NCBI GenBank assembly: GCA_963804995.1
Contig: CAWDSK010000003.1
Location: 224,001-288,000, forward strand
Direction of reading: 5' to 3'
DNA: 64,000 nt
Source: an uncultured Acidobacteriota bacterium
GTDB lineage: Bacteria; Acidobacteriota; Terriglobia; UBA7540
The notes beneath the pieces were generated by a model. The model saw only the letters and a program-made list of their open reading frames with translations, made no database searches and was not told the DNA's origin. Shown piece after piece: positions 59,871 through 64,000 of this stretch; within the stretch, counting starts at the first letter, position 1; each line of letters opens with the position of its first letter. Both the position numbers and the translations under genes were made by a program.

Positions 59871-60547
59871 GGAAACGAGAACTGCTCCCCTGCTTGTCGG
59901 TTGAGAAGCTGAATTGCAGCCGCCCCAACTCGGGTGCGCGACCTCGGCAGGCTACTCTCGCAAAGCCTTGGAGGAAATCAACATCTTGTGCCTGACCACA
60001 CACTTGACCCGGTTCTCAGGCGATGACAACGTAAGTTTTACCCAGGGTCAGTGCGTGAACGTGCGCTTTCCGATAATCCGCCAAATAGTCCGGGCACTTT
60101 GACTACCAGAATCTGGGGGTTGCCTGGCGAGGGATTTCACCGTACCTGCGAGCCCCTGACCAACCCCAGCCTGCTAAGACAGCTAACCCTTGTATCATAT
60201 TTGCCACCCACTTCACGCACATTTTTCTGGTTTCATTCCAAGTTACGGCAGACCATCGCAACTGTTTCGCCGACTCGATTGACCTGGGTATGAAGCCCAG
60301 ACAACACTTGAATATAAACCTCCGTCTCTGAGGGCAGGGTGACCGTTGGGAACCGGGCCAAGTTTGCGGTTCTCTTGCGGCTCAACGGTGCCGCGCACCC
60401 GACTTTGAGCTTCAAGTTTTGTCCCATTTGTACGGCACAGCGAGGCTTAGCGGCCCTTGTCCCATCATTGTCATGCGCGATACGGTATAATGCGGTGGGC
60501 CAAAAATTCTGTGATCGCGACCAAATAATCAACGGATGGGAAATCCC

Positions 60548-61420
60548 ATGGAACCTATGCTGCCCATGCCGGCTCAAAAACTCACCCCCGATCAACAGCT
60601 CCATTACCAGGAGAAGGGCTACTACTTCCCCCTCAGAGTCTTCGGAGAGGAGGCAGCGGCAGGCTTTCGCAAATCCTTCCACGAGTATATGGAGCGATAC
60701 GCGGAACAGTTAAGCCGCCTACTGCCGAGGGACCGGCGCATTTACTTGACTGAAACCCATCTGTTCTTGCCATGGGTTTATCGAATCATTTCCGCTCCGG
60801 CGGTGCTGGATGCAGTGGAGTCCGTTCTGGGGCCGAACCTCATGGTGTGGGGGTCACAATGGTTCCCCAAGCTGCCCGGTGACAAGGCCTATGTCTCCTG
60901 GCATCAGGATGGCACCTATTGGGGCCTGAATCCTCCTAATGTGACGACGGCGTGGATTGCCCTCTCCGAAAGCACACCCGAGAACGGCTGCATGCGGGTG
61001 GTGCCCCGAACGCAATTGACGCCACTCCTGCCGCAGCGCGAGACCTATGCCCCCGACAACATGTTAACGCGCGGGCAGGAGATTGCGGTCGATGTCGACG
61101 AGACCCAAGCGGTTGACTTGGTCCTGCGCCCCGGAGAAATGTCGCTCCACCATATCGGCATTGTGCATGGCTCCGGGCCCAACCAGTCGCGCGGCCCCAG
61201 GATTGGTCTCGCGGTCCGTTACATTTCCCCGGATGTGGTTCAGGCTGGAGCCACGCGCGACATGGCGGTACTCGTACGTGGCAAGGATGAATACGGCCAC
61301 TTTGATTTGGTCACTCCCCCCGACTGTGCGGAAAGCCCTGAACAGAGCACGCTCCACGCGGAAGCGTTGCGGCGTAAAGGCAGCAACATCCTGCCCAAGG
61401 ATTATGCTCCCCCGAAGTGA
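60548..61420 (+). CDS. Phytanoyl-CoA dioxygenase family Fe/2OG enzyme
   Basis: WHQD..YW, WIAL....ENGCM, HGSGPN....R. Confidence 0.9.
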   Translation: MEPMLPMPAQKLTPDQQLHYQEKGYYFPLRVFGEEAAAGFRKSFHEYMERYAEQLSRLLPRDRRIYLTETHLFLPWVYRIISAPAVLDAVESVLGPNLMVWGSQWFPKLPGDKAYVSWHQDGTYWGLNPPNVTTAWIALSESTPENGCMRVVPRTQLTPLLPQRETYAPDNMLTRGQEIAVDVDETQAVDLVLRPGEMSLHHIGIVHGSGPNQSRGPRIGLAVRYISPDVVQAGATRDMAVLVRGKDEYGHFDLVTPPDCAESPEQSTLHAEALRRKGSNILPKDYAPPK

Positions 61421-61442
61421 CGAGGCCCGCTGCTCTCAGAAG

Positions 61443-62450
61443 TCAACTCGTAAAGAAGGTTGTCTCCGCAGTTTTTCGGAGCATCCATTCCTTGTCATCA
61501 GCGGAAAGAAAACTCAGGCGGTCGCGTACCAGCGAGATGCTGTCCTCGTAAGTTTCCGTGGCCAGTTGGTAAGGGCAATCCGACGCCCACATCAGCCGCC
61601 GCGGGCCGAAGGCGTCGTAGAGGCGCCGGATGAACGGCACAAGGTCGAGATGCGGGGGCCGCTTGGCTCCCGCACCATACAAGGCTGAAACCTTGACCTT
61701 GACCTCGGGGTATTTCGCCAGACCGCACAATGTTTGGACGTCGCTTTCAGCAATGGGCCCGGCCGTTCCAATTCTGGCCAAGTGGTCGATCACCACCGGC
61801 GTTTCTGGAAAGCGCTCGCAACGCTTGGCGACACCCGGCAGGTTGTCAGGGTCGAGCAGCAGGCAGATCGCCAATCGCTCCTTCGCACCGCAGCGGAACA
61901 TCTTTTCGACGCTCTCGCCCTCCAGGAAAGTTAAGCGCGCAGGTCCCTCCGCGCGGATGCGGAATCCTCGCACGCCCTGTTTCGCGAAGTCGCGCATATC
62001 CGCATCGGGATGACTTCCCTTCCAATCCACCACCGCCACGCCGCGGAAGACATTCGGAAAACGCCGGATCGTTTCCACCATGTAGGAATTGTCAAAACCA
62101 TAAAACCTCACCTGGATCAGAACGATACGTCTCACGCCGGAGGGACGGGCCGCGCGCAGAATATCGTCCGCAAAGAAAGTACTGGGCACCATGTCGTGAG
62201 GAGTGAAAGCTGGAGAAATTGGATAGTGACTGAAGTCGTTTGTCCACACGTGAACATGAGGATCAATGAACCCTCGGGCGCCCCCTTGTCCGCGCGGTTC
62301 GGGTTTTTGCTCAGCCTCCGAAGAGCTGGAAGCTATGAAGCTTACGGCTCCCGCCATCGCCATACCCTGCTTCAGAAAATCACGGCGACAAGGCAAGTTT
62401 GAAACTGCATCTCGCCCGTGAGGGCGATGGTCTAAGGTGAACGTGATCAT
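61443..62450 (-). CDS. Tat-exported amidohydrolase family 2 protein (start uncertain)
   Basis: RRDFL, IDPHVHVW, VIDHL, RLMWASD.P. Confidence 0.85.
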   Translation of the reverse strand: MITFTLDHRPHGRDAVSNLPCRRDFLKQGMAMAGAVSFIASSSSEAEQKPEPRGQGGARGFIDPHVHVWTNDFSHYPISPAFTPHDMVPSTFFADDILRAARPSGVRRIVLIQVRFYGFDNSYMVETIRRFPNVFRGVAVVDWKGSHPDADMRDFAKQGVRGFRIRAEGPARLTFLEGESVEKMFRCGAKERLAICLLLDPDNLPGVAKRCERFPETPVVIDHLARIGTAGPIAESDVQTLCGLAKYPEVKVKVSALYGAGAKRPPHLDLVPFIRRLYDAFGPRRLMWASDCPYQLATETYEDSISLVRDRLSFLSADDKEWMLRKTAETTFFTS

Positions 62451-62725
62451 GACAAACCCCCATTTGATATTTTTGCAACCCTCTTTCGTGCCGAACCTTG
62501 GTGCGTCAGCCCTCGAACCAGCAGGTGCAGTGGTTGGAACCGCCAGAGAGACTTGGGAATCACCCTGGGTTACTGATCTTTCCACCAACTGTTCCCTTCC
62601 CCCGTGTTGCGATGACCACCATACAGCATTTGCAGTCTCGCCGCGAGTGGGATAGATTCGCGCGAGCGTCATCGAAGATGCGGCCACAAGCAAAGGCCAA
62701 GATTCGAGCCCTGAGAGGATGAGAT

Positions 62726-64000
62726 ATGGAAAAAATCACACGTCGAACCTTCATCGCCCAGACTGCCACGGTGGCAGTCGGCGCTTCCGCATTCGCGACG
62801 GACGTCAACGTGCGTCCACAGCCCCCCGCAGCCGCCGAGGACACATTGGCCAAGCGGCGCGCGACACTCGAGGAGCTTATCAGAGATCCTTCCGCCTCGC
62901 CCATCGGAGATCAACGGAAGGATGAACGCCTACGACAAGTCATGGGAAAACTGGCTGAAGCGCACGGGCGAGCTCCCGCCGGATTTCGACGCCCTGCCGT
63001 CGACCCCGTTCCTCGTTGACCCGCTCGAAGGCGTCCAGACTCCCGAACAATGGAAGCAAAAGCGCCGGCAGATTCGCGCCCAATATGAGCAGTGGGTTTT
63101 TGGCAAGCTGCCGCCGCAGCCTGACAACCTTCGCAGCGTGATCACGGGAACCGAGACCGACGGGAAGCTGACCATCCGGAACGTGCGCCTGGAGTTCGGT
63201 CCTGACCACCGGGGAACGCTGCGCGTGCAGGTGATTATCCCACCAGGGAAAGGGCCGTTTCCGGTCTTCCTCACCGACCACCCTCGCACCTACCCATGGG
63301 TGGCGCCCGCGGTACGTCGAGGTTACATCGGGTGCATTTACTATGCGACGGACCCCAATTATGGCCCAGCCGATGACTCAGATAAGTTCATCAACGTCTA
63401 TCCCGAGTATGACTTTTCCTGCCTGGCGCGCTGGGCGTGGGCGGGCATGCGCGCCGTCGACTACTTGCTCACGCTGCCAGAGGTCGATAAAGAGAAGATC
63501 GGCGTCACGGGCCATTCTCGTAATGGCAAACAGGCTCTGCTGGCAGCGGCATTCGACGACCGCATCGCCGCCGTCATCGCCTCCAGCGGCAACACCGGCG
63601 AGTGCGACCCCTGGCGCTACACCACTGACATGTTCGAGAATGAAAGCATCGAGCAGATCACCGGAGTCTTCCCCCATTGGTTTCACCCGCGCCTGCGATT
63701 TTTTGCCGGCCGCGAGCACAAACTTCCCGTGGATCAACATGCTCTGATGGCCCTGGTGGCCCCGCGCGGGCTCATGATGTACTCAGCTTACGCGGAGCAC
63801 GAGGGGAATCCCTTTGGTTTTGAACAGGCTTTCCCAGCGGTCCAGAAGGTTTATCGATTTCTTGGACACGAAGATAGGGTCTGGCTGAATTTGCGCGACG
63901 GCGAGCATCCCACCACGGCGGAAGACATGGAAATCTTTTGCGACTTCCTCGATACCGTCTTCGGCCGCCGGACTTACCCACGGCGCGAGATATGGGTCAA
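62726..64000 (+). CDS. Tat-exported CE15 (glucuronoyl esterase)-like hydrolase; frameshift at ~62885, runs off the window
   Basis: TRRTFI signal; second frame reads WENWLKRTGELPPDF...WAW..MRAVDYL...GHSRNGKQAL...LVAPR. Confidence 0.75.

Overview
A GC-rich bacterial chromosomal window, probably from an Acidobacteriota genome (inferred from the ADOP-type duplicated permease, TIGR03435-like domain and Tat-exported hydrolases). It holds tRNA-Arg(CCG), several secreted hydrolases, a cytochrome c/PQQ dehydrogenase and an ~18.5 kb minus-strand surface-polysaccharide cluster (9101-27676). It also holds a HEAT/GT2/TPR-barrel module, a VKOR-DsbA-rhodanese fusion, ftsY, PilZ and HD-GYP genes and an AbrB/RelE toxin-antitoxin pair. 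The mobile DNA is the most striking part. (1) A complete group II intron (7098-9010) sits precisely inside the fifth unit of a tandem array of GTAG-type REP doublets, and its EBS1 loop is complementary to the REP. (2) An ISKra4-like IS (51464-55084, 9-bp target duplication) is interrupted by a second IS (52534-54296) with an AbrB-like ORF, an IS701/IS4-like transposase and a 21-bp target duplication of a hairpin. (3) Several TA-bounded miniature inverted-repeat cassettes carry different palindromic cores, and three of them begin exactly at a gene's TAG stop codon. At least eight apparent single-base frameshifts, including one in ftsY, suggest consensus indel errors. All family assignments come from motif recognition by eye, not database searches.
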